Virus record (IMG/VR): IMGVR_UViG_3300035698_009139
Reading direction: 5' to 3' (one strand)
Source: a virus
DNA: 64,000 bases
Part shown: positions 37,011-47,958 of the stretch, one piece after another
Layout: every line of letters starts with the position of its first letter
Position numbering within the stretch: the first letter of the stretch is position 1
Program-made: the position numbers and the translations under genes
Notes under the pieces: generated by a model
Seen by the model: only the letters and a program-made list of their open reading frames with translations
The model's database searches: none
Told to the model about the DNA's origin: nothing

Positions 37011-37559
37011 ATGGCATTTAACGTAAACGCCTTCCAGGGTGCTATGAAGTTCGGCGGAGCTCGCTCGTCGCTGTTCGAAGTAAATATCACGAATCCAGTC
37101 AATGGCATCTCAGACATTGACGCACCGTTCAAAATCAGAGCTTCTCAGATCCCATCAGCCACGGTTGGTGTGATCGAAACTCCGTATTTTGGTCGCCGAG
37201 TTAAGTTCGCTGGCAACAGAATCTATCCAGAATGGTCTGTTGTATGCCTTAACGACGAAGACTTCTTGCTGCGTAATGCACTTGAAGAATGGTCACATAA
37301 AATCAATGGCGCCCAGTCTAACTTGAGAGAGTTCGAAGCCGCTTCACCAACGTTGTATAAGTCTACAGCACAGGTAACGCAGTTCAGCAAGACAGGTGTC
37401 CCTCTACGAGTGTATAACTTCATTGGCCTATGGCCAGCCGATGTCCAGGCCATCGACTTGGGTTGGGATCAGGGAGATCAAATCCAGGAATTTTCTTGCA
37501 CATTTGTGTATGATTACTGGGAAGTTAGTGGTGGTATTACCGGCAACGGCGGAACCTAA
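37011..37559 (+). CDS. gp19: Tail tube protein
   Basis: GAR..LF.V, P..GR..K.AG.R, WP.....I.L.W. Confidence 0.95.
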   Translation: MAFNVNAFQGAMKFGGARSSLFEVNITNPVNGISDIDAPFKIRASQIPSATVGVIETPYFGRRVKFAGNRIYPEWSVVCLNDEDFLLRNALEEWSHKINGAQSNLREFEAASPTLYKSTAQVTQFSKTGVPLRVYNFIGLWPADVQAIDLGWDQGDQIQEFSCTFVYDYWEVSGGITGNGGT

Positions 37560-37585
37560 TTTAACACTATTTGAACGATTTTTTG

Positions 37586-37624
37586 GACGGAGGCTCGCTA
37601 AATATACGCGACGCCTCCGTTTTC
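37586..37624 (+). terminator. Hairpin/terminator enclosing a late-promoter variant (CTAAATA)
   Basis: ACGGAGGC-TCGC...GCGA-C-GCCTCCGT then TTT. Confidence 0.6.
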
Positions 37625-37639
37625 AATAAGGGTATATGA

Positions 37640-39358
37640 ATGGTACAGCTTTTCGGATTTAAATTCGGCGAGACCAAGAAACAAGAAAAAGCCGATCCTA
37701 ATATTAAATCTTTTGCGCCACCGCCTAACGAAGACGGTGCTATTGAGGTTGCTCCAGGTGGCGCTTATGGCACGTTTGTTGATCTCGAAGGTACGGCTAA
37801 AAATGAAGCCGAGCTTGTAACACGTTATCGTGGCATGTCTCTGCAGGCCGAGTGCGATAAGGCAATTGAAGACATCATTGATGAGGCTATCATCACTGAG
37901 AACCCAGATAAATTGGCGGTTGAAATCAACCTAGAAAACACCAAACTATCTGACGGAATCAAAAAGAAGATTTTGGTCGAATATGAGGAAATGGTTAAGC
38001 TATTGAAGTTTGACCACAAAGCTCACGATCTATTCCGCCGTTGGTATGTCGATGGCCGTATGTATTATCATATGATGATTGACATCGAGAACCCCAAAAA
38101 GGGCATCGTCGAGCTTCGCTATGTAGATCCTCGCAAGATCAGAAAGATCCGCGAGCCAATCAATGAAAAAGATCCAGCATCTGGCCAGATGGTTAACAAA
38201 GGTTTCCGGGAATATTACATCTACAGCCCGCGAGGCCTATCAGCTACAGCACAGGGAATCAGAATTTCTCCTGATGCAGTTTGCTATGTAACTAGCGGTG
38301 TGATGGATCAGAAAAACACAATGGTACTCGGCCATCTTCATAAGGCCATTAAGCCTCTGAACCAGTTGCGTATGCTAGAAGATGCTACAGTCATTTATCG
38401 TCTATCAAGAGCACCAGAACGTCGAATCTTCTATATCGATGTTGGTAATTTGCCTAAAGCTAAGGCCGAGCAGTATCTACGCGATATGATGGTTAAGCAC
38501 AAGAACCGCCTTGTGTATGATGCGTCGACTGGAGCTGTACGCGATGATCGTAAATTTATGACAATGTTGGAAGATTTCTGGCTACCTCGTCGTGAAGGCG
38601 GTAAAGGTACTGAAATCACAACGTTACCAGGCGGCCAGAATCTAGGTGAGATGGATGACGTCGAATACTTCAAAAAGGGATTGTATAAGTCACTTAATGT
38701 GCCGCTATCTCGTATGGAGTCAGAGACCCAGTTCAACCTCGGCCGATCAACTGAAATTTCTCGAGATGAGGTGATGTTCAATAAGTTTGTTCAGCGCCTG
38801 CGTGCTCGATTCACTATGTTGTTTTTGCAGTTGTTAAAGACCCAGCTTATGCTAAAAGGCGTGATGACATCTGAAGAATGGAAAGAAGTCAAGCACAAGA
38901 TCAAGTTCGATTTTCAGCAGGACAATTATTTCACTGAGCTTAAAGAAGGCGAAATGATGAAAGAGCGTCTTGCTATTCTGCAGGAGGCTGACCAGTTCGA
39001 AGGTCGTTACGTATCTCAGGGCGAGATTTGGAGAGAAATCCTTCGATACGACGAAGAGAAGATTCAGCAAATCAAAGACGAAATCGCCGCAGAGGATCCT
39101 ATGTCTGTGCCGCCTGATAAAATGCAGGATGGTGCTATGCCAGAAGATACACCTGTGCCTGATATACCTGAACCGGACGCTGAAAAGCCGAAGAAGGAGC
39201 ACATGTACGTTAAAAACGCCGACATGTTGAACGAGACTTTTGAGCAGACATTCGGCGGCAGTGATAAACTGGCCGGATTGTTCGAGGAACTGGATAAGGG
39301 TGTAAACAAGCCATCATCGAAAGCTCTCGACAAACTGTTCAATGCACTAGGAAAGTAA
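37640..39358 (+). CDS. gp20: Portal vertex protein
   Basis: RAPERRIFYIDVGNLP, EDFWLPRREGG.GTEI.TLPGG. Confidence 0.98.
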   Translation: MVQLFGFKFGETKKQEKADPNIKSFAPPPNEDGAIEVAPGGAYGTFVDLEGTAKNEAELVTRYRGMSLQAECDKAIEDIIDEAIITENPDKLAVEINLENTKLSDGIKKKILVEYEEMVKLLKFDHKAHDLFRRWYVDGRMYYHMMIDIENPKKGIVELRYVDPRKIRKIREPINEKDPASGQMVNKGFREYYIYSPRGLSATAQGIRISPDAVCYVTSGVMDQKNTMVLGHLHKAIKPLNQLRMLEDATVIYRLSRAPERRIFYIDVGNLPKAKAEQYLRDMMVKHKNRLVYDASTGAVRDDRKFMTMLEDFWLPRREGGKGTEITTLPGGQNLGEMDDVEYFKKGLYKSLNVPLSRMESETQFNLGRSTEISRDEVMFNKFVQRLRARFTMLFLQLLKTQLMLKGVMTSEEWKEVKHKIKFDFQQDNYFTELKEGEMMKERLAILQEADQFEGRYVSQGEIWREILRYDEEKIQQIKDEIAAEDPMSVPPDKMQDGAMPEDTPVPDIPEPDAEKPKKEHMYVKNADMLNETFEQTFGGSDKLAGLFEELDKGVNKPSSKALDKLFNALGK

Positions 39359-39359
39359 T

Positions 39360-40322
39360 ATGGAGCAGCTATACGAATTAGGTGTTAGACTGAAGGATTA
39401 CGTCGACGATAAAGTTGACGGTCTGGAGACATCTATTGTCGAGGAGGCTAAGGTTCCTGGCCCAAAAGGCGAACGCGGCCCCCGCGGCGATCCGGGTGGC
39501 CCGGTTGGGCCTCAAGGCGATAAGGGCGACACTGGCGATAAAGGTGAGGCGGGAACTAATGGCGATCGCGGCCCAGAAGGTCTGATTGGTCCCAAGGGTG
39601 ATCGGGGCCCCAAAGGCGACACTGGCGAAACAGGTATTCGCGGCCATAACGGGCCTAAGGGTGATCGCGGTGCTAGAGGCGTTGTTGGCCCTAAAGGTGT
39701 GCCAGGTGTCAAAGGATCTGATGGATCTGATGGCAAGAACGGTAAGGATGGTAAAGTTGGGCCTAAAGGCGCAGCAGGACCAACTGGTGTAGTCGGACCT
39801 CAGGGCGGTACCGGCGCACAAGGTGAGCAAGGCACATTCGACAGAGATGAGCTATATCGAGAAGTCGATAAGAAGGTCGAAGCTGAATTCAATAAGATGC
39901 AGGGCGACTACAATCAGCGGATATCAAACTTATCCAATCGAGTAGCAGCATTTTCACCTGGTTCAGGCTCGTACAGCATCGTTGATATGCGCGACGTAGA
40001 ATTTACACAATTGGAAGCTTTGGCTAACAACACAGTACTGGTATTCGACAATACCATCGATAAGTTTAAAGCATACCCGCTAGCGACTATCATAAATAAC
40101 ATAAGGGCCGATTTAGAGATGCAGTATAACAAACAGATTGATGTGGTAGGATCTGTAACGTACATCGGCGAGTCATTGCCAGGTACGGCAGACTCTGCTT
40201 CTCTTTGGCGTATTAAAAAGGTCGATGAAACGTCGACACCAGACATTACTATCACATGGGCTGGGGGCGATGAAAATTTCGACAAGGTTTGGGATGATCG
40301 TGTATCCCTTTCATATAGCTAG
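39360..40322 (+). CDS. Collagen-like (Gly-X-Y) virion protein
   Basis: Long GXY run at ~39459-39833. Confidence 0.9.
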   Translation: MEQLYELGVRLKDYVDDKVDGLETSIVEEAKVPGPKGERGPRGDPGGPVGPQGDKGDTGDKGEAGTNGDRGPEGLIGPKGDRGPKGDTGETGIRGHNGPKGDRGARGVVGPKGVPGVKGSDGSDGKNGKDGKVGPKGAAGPTGVVGPQGGTGAQGEQGTFDRDELYREVDKKVEAEFNKMQGDYNQRISNLSNRVAAFSPGSGSYSIVDMRDVEFTQLEALANNTVLVFDNTIDKFKAYPLATIINNIRADLEMQYNKQIDVVGSVTYIGESLPGTADSASLWRIKKVDETSTPDITITWAGGDENFDKVWDDRVSLSYS

Positions 40323-40330
40323 GATTAAAA

Positions 40331-40765
40331 ATGCCAACACTAAAAGAAGAAATGTTAGTCGAAGTTACATACGATGGGCTGTCTAATCTAGAAATTGCGG
40401 CTGTCTTGAACACATTAAATCAAGACGCGCCAATACCATCAATCGACGTCAAGCGGTATCTTTTGTTGAAAGGTAAATGGCCGGGTATTGTTGATGCCGC
40501 CGCCCATAGTGATACAGCGGCGATTAGACAAGCAGCAACAAATATGGTGGAAAGTCTGGCGTCGTTTGTGGATTTCAATACTGGTGATGCCACTATTTTG
40601 GCAGCGGTTACAGCCGGATTAGATGCGCTTGTGGCAACAGCTTTGATGACAGCCACCAACAAAACAGAAATTTTAGCAATGAAGTCGAATCGAAAGAGTC
40701 TCGCTGATGTCAACGGGTGGGGTTACCTTAAAGAAGGCGACATAGAAATGGCGAAGGTAATATAA
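40331..40765 (+). CDS. Hypothetical helical protein
   Basis: AGGA RBS; coupled to the next gene. Confidence 0.75.
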   Translation: MPTLKEEMLVEVTYDGLSNLEIAAVLNTLNQDAPIPSIDVKRYLLLKGKWPGIVDAAAHSDTAAIRQAATNMVESLASFVDFNTGDATILAAVTAGLDALVATALMTATNKTEILAMKSNRKSLADVNGWGYLKEGDIEMAKVI

Positions 40766-41232
40766 TGGCACTTTCATATTCAGCAGTACAAACTATAACA
40801 CTGACAGCAACTTCGGTTACTGATGGTGCATGGCGTCAAAGTGCCGCAATAAATAACTCAACAAATTTGTTTGAAGACGCCCTTCTGGGTGGAACACTCC
40901 AAACAGGCACAACTCCTACTGATGGCGGCACAATAGATATTTACATCTATGCCTCATATGATGGGACGAAATATACAGCCGGTGCTTCTGGATCAGATGA
41001 AGCTTATACGGCTGATGGTGAAGAATATCTTCTACATCTAATAGAAAGTATCGTTGTTGATACGACAAGTGATATTGATTATGTCTTTGGACCGCGTTCC
41101 GTTGCCGCTTTATTTGGTGGGACAATGCCACAGAAATGGGGTGTAGTGATCGAAAATAATTCAGGTGCAACCCTTCACGCGACCGGGACGAACAACGAAA
41201 TTCAGTTCACGGGCGTTAAGTTCTCGGCATAA
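40765..41232 (+). CDS. Hypothetical beta-sandwich virion-type protein
   Basis: TAATG coupling; Thr/Gly-rich. Confidence 0.75.
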   Translation: MALSYSAVQTITLTATSVTDGAWRQSAAINNSTNLFEDALLGGTLQTGTTPTDGGTIDIYIYASYDGTKYTAGASGSDEAYTADGEEYLLHLIESIVVDTTSDIDYVFGPRSVAALFGGTMPQKWGVVIENNSGATLHATGTNNEIQFTGVKFSA

Positions 41233-41242
41233 GGGGCACGCT

Positions 41243-44200
41243 ATGCCAGCAATTGAAAATATTTATACAGGCAGCCATACCTATTCGAGTGGCGAAGTTG
41301 CAGTAACCGAACCTATCGGTGCGACTGTAGTGATGGAAAATTGTCTTCTGACATTCACACAAGAGGGTGGCCACACGGCAGCGTCCCAATCTGATCACAG
41401 TCTTGTCCGTGGCCAAATTACATCCACCACGGAAATGACGTTCACGCGCGCCGCAAATCACTCGACAGTATTACCTACTGTATATTGGACAATAACAGAA
41501 TTTGCGGCTGGTGCACTCAACAGTGACGTTCAACGCGGCGATCTTGATCTTATAGGGTCGGAAATGACTGTTACTATTGATCCTGTTACATTGGCTCAAT
41601 CTTCAGTTATGTTGTCAAGAACCACTAACGTAGCTGGCCTAACTGCCCCAGGTCAAGTAAGATGTGAATTAACATCACCCACTACTATCAAATTTTCATC
41701 TACTTATTCAACACCATCATCCGGCACTCATTATTGTGAGTGGCAATTAATCGAATTCAAAGAAAATGAAGCTGTTGTTAATCGAGGTGATTGGGATTTA
41801 GCGCCGTCCGATGCCGGTGACAACATTCCTGTAGTCTTTAATGCGAATACTACATTATTGAACATATCAGGAGAATCATCTGAGGGATACTATTCTCAAT
41901 CAATAGCATACGGACTTATTGATGGTGACGACAATCTTAATGTAGAACGCGGCCTAACGGCTGGCGGTGGTGCTGGATTGATAGGAATTAGTTACGAATT
42001 AATTACATTCTTTGATGGGACAACAGTAAAACGTGGTGTGCAACTTCTTGAAGATACTACAACTGATTATTCAGTAGACCCCGGAGTTGTGGATGCCAGT
42101 GTTGCATCTGTTTGGGGTCAAGGCCATGCTGGCCAAACCAAAGGTACTATAACATCCCAAGCGCACGGCGAATTTCTTGTTGGTGCTGTTCTGACAGATA
42201 AAGATACTCTGGACATTCAACGTTTCACGGGTGTTTCCGGTAGAGACGTGTCTCTCGCTTGGCAGATTGTCGAGTGGGGTAGTGATGTTATTGCTGCACC
42301 CGAAGCACAAACAATATTCAGATATCCACGTCACCGTGTTTATGCACCAAAAGGTTTAGATTTTGCACCAAACGGTTCTGGCGCTGGTTTAAGACTCAGT
42401 AGAGTACATGACGATTCATTTGAATATACGTTATCAACATGGTTCCGCCGTAGTGCAACACCGTCAAGCGAAGAAACGATATTGAGCCTTGGTAGTGATA
42501 GCAGTGGAACTCCTTTATTACGAATCCATATGGTATCAAGTGGTGTGGGTGTTTCTTTTCAGGTGCGCTCTATCAACGGCAATGCTATAAACAATGTACA
42601 TACGCCAGATGTAATTGATAATCGTTGGCACCATATATCAGGAACAGTTTATCACGGCGAAAACGGTGCTGCGTCATCTTTCAGTAGAATATTAGTAGAT
42701 GGTAAAATTTCGGCGGCAGTGACAGGAAGTTATCTTGATCCAACCACATTCGATAATGTGACGCTTGGATATCTAGACAGAACTTCATCGGCACTTGAAT
42801 ACAATGGTGAAATTGCTTTACCCGCTGTATGGAATCGAACGATGTCCCTTCAAGAACAGCATAAGCTATATCAACATGGTGGACATCCTCTATGTCTACC
42901 CCATAAATTACAGCATTTTGTTGATTTCACACAGGGATTTGCTGATTCATCTGATGGCGCGTTCAAAGATTTAGGAAAGGGCGGCGGTAGATTTTTCGAT
43001 AAAACCTCAACTATGACACCCGCGAATTTGACGGCAGTTGGTGGTGTTACCGCCAGACATCCAGCCGGACCAAGATTCATTTACAAAGACGCTATTCTAG
43101 CTCCCGTACCTGAAACACCACTACGTATTATTAATTCGGGCCATGCTCTAGCTAATAACGTAGTAGCGGCGTATGTGTTCGATCAAAATTCTGGAATTAC
43201 AATTCCCGATATCCATTCTGATGGTAACGATGCTGTATTGTGTCGTTATTTACCTGTGTCGGAAGCAAACACTATTTACTCTACAACATATGTTGGTGGT
43301 CAGGGATTTGCAACTGATGGTACCTATGGATATATCAGTGGATATGCTGGCACTAATATAGGTCGTTTGTCTGGTGATACATGGGCCACTCTAGATTATT
43401 CTAATAATCCCAATAATGATTCCGTTGCTACTGCCGTTGGTACTACCGATAGAGTGGGGGATTTGTGCTACTACTTCGATGATTCATCTGTATTGGTTGC
43501 AATGTATCTCAATGCTGGTGGTGTTGGTATGATCGGTATTTGTGAAGACCCCGGAATTGATATGAATCTTGATCGGGTGATTGATACTACGGCAGAAATA
43601 GACAAACCATCCGGCGTATTTTGTGAGAATAATAGTGTGTACGTGACATCATTTTCCACTGGTGATGGTACGGGCGTATTCGAATACAATTACACTACGG
43701 GTGCATACATAGGCGTAACTAATTTCGCCTTTGATCTGGTGAATGTTCAGGGCGTATCAAAAGATAGTGATGGAAATTGGTATTTTTCATTCTTCATCAA
43801 TACAAGTGATTCTCAGAGTTACATTTTCCGATTTGATGCAGATAGGAAAGTAACCGGTTCATGGTGGATGAAAGGCGGTACTAATTATGAAATTGAAGGC
43901 ATAGACGCCACACAGGATGGATTTCTTTATCTGAATTTTAAAGATTTATCATTAAAAAATATGCGCTTTAATATATCTGATATGGATACGGTCCCGGGTA
44001 CTTCTACAGTTCCTTGGGGCGCAGACAAAATACAGTTGGACGAATCAGATGCCGATAAATGGAAAATAATGATTCCACGAACATTTGGTACTGAAGGATC
44101 AATTCATACTGTCTGTCATCCAACCACTTTGTTCAATTACAATAATTGGCTTGCTTCATGGAGTCTATCTAATAACCATTGGGAAGGTTGGTGTTACAGC

Positions 44201-44602
44201 GACGGGCGCAGAGCGTTCCGCTCCAATAACTCAACTGCATCGATATTAGCAGGTAGCGCCATAGAAACAGCATTGACTGCAACTTGGTCTGCTACCAATA
44301 CCCGCGAATATATCTATCAAGATAAAACACAAGGTACATCCCGAACGCCCGGCGCCGCGCACGTAGGACCAATCATTCTTGGTGGTGTTGAAGTTTATGG
44401 TGCACGAAGCGATTTTGCGTTTAATAATGCATTCGTCTTTGATCGCGAATTAACTTCAGCGGAAGTAGATGATCTTATTGATAATCCTGAAAGCTTGTGG
44501 GCATTATCGCCCGTTGCATCTAGTGGTTTAATCAATATCGGGGCTGGCTTGTTTATGTCACCACTATTACACAGACGTTTACTGATAGCATCTTATAAAT
44601 AA
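41243..44602 (+). CDS. Large multidomain protein with LamG/concanavalin-like and beta-propeller-like domains
   Basis: TLSTWF, DNRWHHI, YNGEI..PAVWNR.MS, VFDRELT..EV; repeated N-terminal modules. Confidence 0.75.
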   Translation: MPAIENIYTGSHTYSSGEVAVTEPIGATVVMENCLLTFTQEGGHTAASQSDHSLVRGQITSTTEMTFTRAANHSTVLPTVYWTITEFAAGALNSDVQRGDLDLIGSEMTVTIDPVTLAQSSVMLSRTTNVAGLTAPGQVRCELTSPTTIKFSSTYSTPSSGTHYCEWQLIEFKENEAVVNRGDWDLAPSDAGDNIPVVFNANTTLLNISGESSEGYYSQSIAYGLIDGDDNLNVERGLTAGGGAGLIGISYELITFFDGTTVKRGVQLLEDTTTDYSVDPGVVDASVASVWGQGHAGQTKGTITSQAHGEFLVGAVLTDKDTLDIQRFTGVSGRDVSLAWQIVEWGSDVIAAPEAQTIFRYPRHRVYAPKGLDFAPNGSGAGLRLSRVHDDSFEYTLSTWFRRSATPSSEETILSLGSDSSGTPLLRIHMVSSGVGVSFQVRSINGNAINNVHTPDVIDNRWHHISGTVYHGENGAASSFSRILVDGKISAAVTGSYLDPTTFDNVTLGYLDRTSSALEYNGEIALPAVWNRTMSLQEQHKLYQHGGHPLCLPHKLQHFVDFTQGFADSSDGAFKDLGKGGGRFFDKTSTMTPANLTAVGGVTARHPAGPRFIYKDAILAPVPETPLRIINSGHALANNVVAAYVFDQNSGITIPDIHSDGNDAVLCRYLPVSEANTIYSTTYVGGQGFATDGTYGYISGYAGTNIGRLSGDTWATLDYSNNPNNDSVATAVGTTDRVGDLCYYFDDSSVLVAMYLNAGGVGMIGICEDPGIDMNLDRVIDTTAEIDKPSGVFCENNSVYVTSFSTGDGTGVFEYNYTTGAYIGVTNFAFDLVNVQGVSKDSDGNWYFSFFINTSDSQSYIFRFDADRKVTGSWWMKGGTNYEIEGIDATQDGFLYLNFKDLSLKNMRFNISDMDTVPGTSTVPWGADKIQLDESDADKWKIMIPRTFGTEGSIHTVCHPTTLFNYNNWLASWSLSNNHWEGWCYSDGRRAFRSNNSTASILAGSAIETALTATWSATNTREYIYQDKTQGTSRTPGAAHVGPIILGGVEVYGARSDFAFNNAFVFDRELTSAEVDDLIDNPESLWALSPVASSGLINIGAGLFMSPLLHRRLLIASYK
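44594..44601 (+). promoter_or_regulatory. Late promoter
   Basis: TATAAATA. Confidence 0.75.
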
Positions 44603-44624
44603 GATGTAACTATAGGGACTTACG

Positions 44625-46734
44625 ATGACCGGTTATCTCGGCGATTTTGCAATAAATTCAAACGTGTACATGTCATTCAGTACGTTTGCCAACACTGGTG
44701 GCTCAGCTACAGCCACTGGCTTCGCCAACACTGACGTCCTGGTATTTAAAAATGGGTCGTCCACATCAAAAGTATCATCTAACAGCTGCTTTGTTGTCAC
44801 AGACTTCAGCAGCCAAACTGGCCTACATCACGTAACAATCGATACATCTGACAATTCCGGTGATGTAGGGTTCTACGGTGCTAGTGGAGATTACCAGGTA
44901 GCTGTCGCTGATATAACAGTGGCTGGTGAGACTGTTCGAACATGGCTCGGCCAATTTTCTCTACAGAACAGATATGCTCCCGCTGCAACGGTTTCTGGGA
45001 TCGTTCAGGCCAATGTGACGCATGTTAATGGCGGCGCTGTAGCTAGTGTGATAGATTTCAGAGCTAACACATCGACGCTGGCTTTAGCCTCAGCTGTTTC
45101 TGGATTGAATAACATATCAACCGCAGACGTACTTACTCAGGCAAATGCTGTCATCCAGTTTTACGACGGGCCAACCAAAGCAGAATTGGACTCTGGGTTC
45201 TCTGGATTGAATAACATATCAGCTGCAGACGTACTTACTCAGGCAAATGCAGCCATTACCTTCTATGATGGTCTGATTGCGGCAGACCTGCCAACCAACT
45301 TCAGCGTGCTAGACATCAACGGTCAGGGTCGCGTGGTTGCAAACGTTGCAGCTATCGGCACAAATGATGTTACCACGCCTAATGATTTTAAAGCTGATGT
45401 AACGGGAATTGCTACACCAGCCGATGTGCTTGTTCAGGCAAACGCCGCCCTGCAGACATATGATGCCCCCACTAAAGCTGAGCTTGATACTGGTTTCAGC
45501 AATCAAAATGATGTATCAGTTGCGGACATTTTAACACAATCTAATGCTGCTATAGTATTTTATAATGGCCTAGTCGCGGCAGACCTGCCAACGAACTTCA
45601 GCGCACTATCAATCAACGGCCAGGGCCGGGTTGCATCGAACGTGGTGTCTGTTGGTACAAATGATGTATCTACACCAGATGATTTCAAATCCGGCGGTGG
45701 GGTAGTGACAGCTAATATAGCATTCGTTAACGGATCAGCAGTAACGGGAGTCGCTGATTTCAAAGCTGATGTTTGGAGTTGCAACTCCAGCAGATGTTCT
45801 CACTCAGGCCAATGCAGCTATATCGTTCTATGATGGCCTGGTTGCAGCTGATTTGCCAACGAACTTCAGCGCACTATCAATCAACGGCCAGGGTCGCGTA
45901 GTTGCAAACGTTGCATCAATCGGCACAAATGCTGTTACAACACCGAACGATTTCAAAGCAGATGTTTCTGGTGTCGTAACCCCAGCAGATATTCTTGCAC
46001 AGGCAAACGCCGCTCTTCAAGCATACGATGCACCTACTAAAGCCGAACTTGACACTGGTTTCAGTAACCTGAATGATGTGTCGGCCGCTGATATTCTGAC
46101 ACAAGCAAACGCCGCTATCACGTTCTATGATGGCTTGGTTGCAGCTGATTTGCCAACACACTTCAGTGCTTTAGCAATCAATGGTCAGGGCCGCGTAGTT
46201 GCAAATGTAGCGTCCATCGGCACAAATGCTGTCACGACACCAGATGATTTCAAAGCTGATGTTTCTGGAGTAGCCACCCCAGCTAATGTGCTCATCCAAG
46301 CGAATGCGGCGCTACAATCATATGACGCCCCAACCAAGGCTGAGTTGGACACCGGATTTAGCAGTCTAAATGATGTGTCCGCGGCCGATATCCTAGTGCA
46401 GTCGAATGCAGCTATTACCTTCTATGATGGGCTAGTTGCAGCTGATTTGCCAACAAACTTCAATGCTCTGACAATTTCTGTTGGCGGCACAGTGGATGCA
46501 TCGATCAGTGATATTCAGGCTAACTCGATTGCAAATACTGTTGTGGATAACATCAACGTGACGGGTGTCAATTTGACAACCCAACAACAGGCTAATTTGG
46601 CTGCAGATGTCGCAGCTAATATTTCTTCCAATATTGTTGCATCTGTGTCTGTAAATGATCGCATCCAGATCGCTAACACAATATTGAACGACAGCAGAAG
46701 CTTGACGGTCGGCAAATTCCTATCGTTTAGCTAA
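44625..46734 (+). pseudogene. Repeat-rich structural protein split by a 2-nt frameshift at ~45773 (ORFs 44625-45833 and 45769-46734)
   Basis: GATGTTTGGAGTT where sister repeats read GATGTTTCTGG(A/T)GT; the repeat continues in the other frame. Confidence 0.75.
45096..46470 (+). repeat. Degenerate tandem coding repeats (~98 aa units)
   Basis: ADxLxQANAA..FYDGL.AADLPTNFS.L.INGQGRV / YDAPTKAELDTGFS recurring. Confidence 0.9.
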
Positions 46735-46750
46735 CCAAACGAAAAGAACT

Positions 46751-46758
46751 TATAAATA
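46751..46758 (+). promoter_or_regulatory. Late promoter
   Basis: TATAAATA. Confidence 0.8.
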
Positions 46759-46775
46759 AAGTAATGGAGGTTATT

Positions 46776-46979
46776 ATGACAAATGAACGTACAGCACAGG
46801 CGATTGAAGCACTAAACGCGGGTAATACGACAGAATTTGCCGACGCAGTGACAAATGATTTGATGGACCGAGTTGCGGCCGCAGTTGAATCCCAAAAGCA
46901 AGACGTTGCAGCATCAATGTTTAGTACAGGCGCGCAAGAAAACAACGATGGAGAAACGTCGGATGGCGAAGACATTTAA
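46776..46979 (+). CDS. gp67: Prohead core protein (gp67-like)
   Basis: Small acidic protein, K..VA.SMF motif, position before gp21; GGAGG RBS. Confidence 0.65.
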   Translation: MTNERTAQAIEALNAGNTTEFADAVTNDLMDRVAAAVESQKQDVAASMFSTGAQENNDGETSDGEDI

Positions 46980-47607
46980 TACATTATTCGAAAAGTATGG
47001 TTCTGATAACAGCTATAGCGTTCCGGCCGATGATGACCGAGAGGCTAAAGATATCAAGCCGCGTTCGAAAGGCGAGGAGAAATTCGTCGCTAAACATACA
47101 ACCAAAGTTACCAAACATCCAGTAGCCAAGGACAACCAGTTCAAGTCTACCAATAAGCCAAGTCTGCATAAAGGTTTCGAATCTAAGCATGCTGGTGAAA
47201 TGAAAGCTCCAAAACAGGGTACTTCAGAAGCTGGCAACAATGGTGATGGTGGAAATAAACAGACTCCTTCCCGCCGCGGTGATCAGATGGGTGGAGAGAC
47301 TAGCACAGTCAAGGCTGGCAGCTCAGACGTCCGTGTGGAGAATGTAACCGCACTACAGGATGAACGCAATGCTCTCCAGGAACGGATCGATGAGATTGAG
47401 CAGCTTTTGGACGAGAGCTATGAAACCAATATCGATTTAGAAGATGGCAACACAGCATTTCTTACGAAAGCTGACGCCAGAAATATTGACGAGGTTCGTG
47501 GTCGGCTAACAGATTTCAACAAAAAGCAGTTCAACGAACGGCTTCAGAAAGACGAAGCATCATTCAAACACGTACTTAGCTTCGTACGAGATCAAGTAAG
47601 GGACTAA
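46963..47607 (+). CDS. Prohead core / internal protein
   Basis: MAKTFNTLFE N-terminus, charged; shares motifs with gp22. Confidence 0.6.
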   Translation: MAKTFNTLFEKYGSDNSYSVPADDDREAKDIKPRSKGEEKFVAKHTTKVTKHPVAKDNQFKSTNKPSLHKGFESKHAGEMKAPKQGTSEAGNNGDGGNKQTPSRRGDQMGGETSTVKAGSSDVRVENVTALQDERNALQERIDEIEQLLDESYETNIDLEDGNTAFLTKADARNIDEVRGRLTDFNKKQFNERLQKDEASFKHVLSFVRDQVRD

Positions 47608-47610
47608 TAG

Positions 47611-47958
47611 ATGACAGTTGTCAATAAAGCCAAAGGCGGACAAGTCACGCTTCGTTTCGAAACGACGGGCTTTGCTAACCTAGGCCAGGTTAATGCTATC
47701 GGTGAAACTGTTACCAGTATGAGAATTACTGATGTACTTTGGTCGGCTAACGGTGGCGCCTGGTTGATTAAACGCGGAGCCAACACAGTTCTCAAATTGA
47801 ATGGCAACGGTATCTGGCCTCTAAGGGACAACAACATTGTAGTTGATAATGTTGGCGGTGAATCAGCTGCTAACATCCAATGCATTCTAACAGCCGGGTC
47901 TGGTTCTCTTGTTATTAAGTTGGCCAAAGACTCAACAACATTTACGAGGCAGTACTAA
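47611..47958 (+). CDS. Conserved small virion protein upstream of the prohead protease
   Basis: I..V.WS, G.G.W motifs; TAATG coupling. Confidence 0.7.
   Translation: MTVVNKAKGGQVTLRFETTGFANLGQVNAIGETVTSMRITDVLWSANGGAWLIKRGANTVLKLNGNGIWPLRDNNIVVDNVGGESAANIQCILTAGSGSLVIKLAKDSTTFTRQY

Noticed and set aside
39203-39358. Separate 51-aa product from an internal ATG in the portal C-terminal extension
   Set aside because: AAGGAG lies only 3 nt from the ATG; cannot be distinguished from a simple tail.
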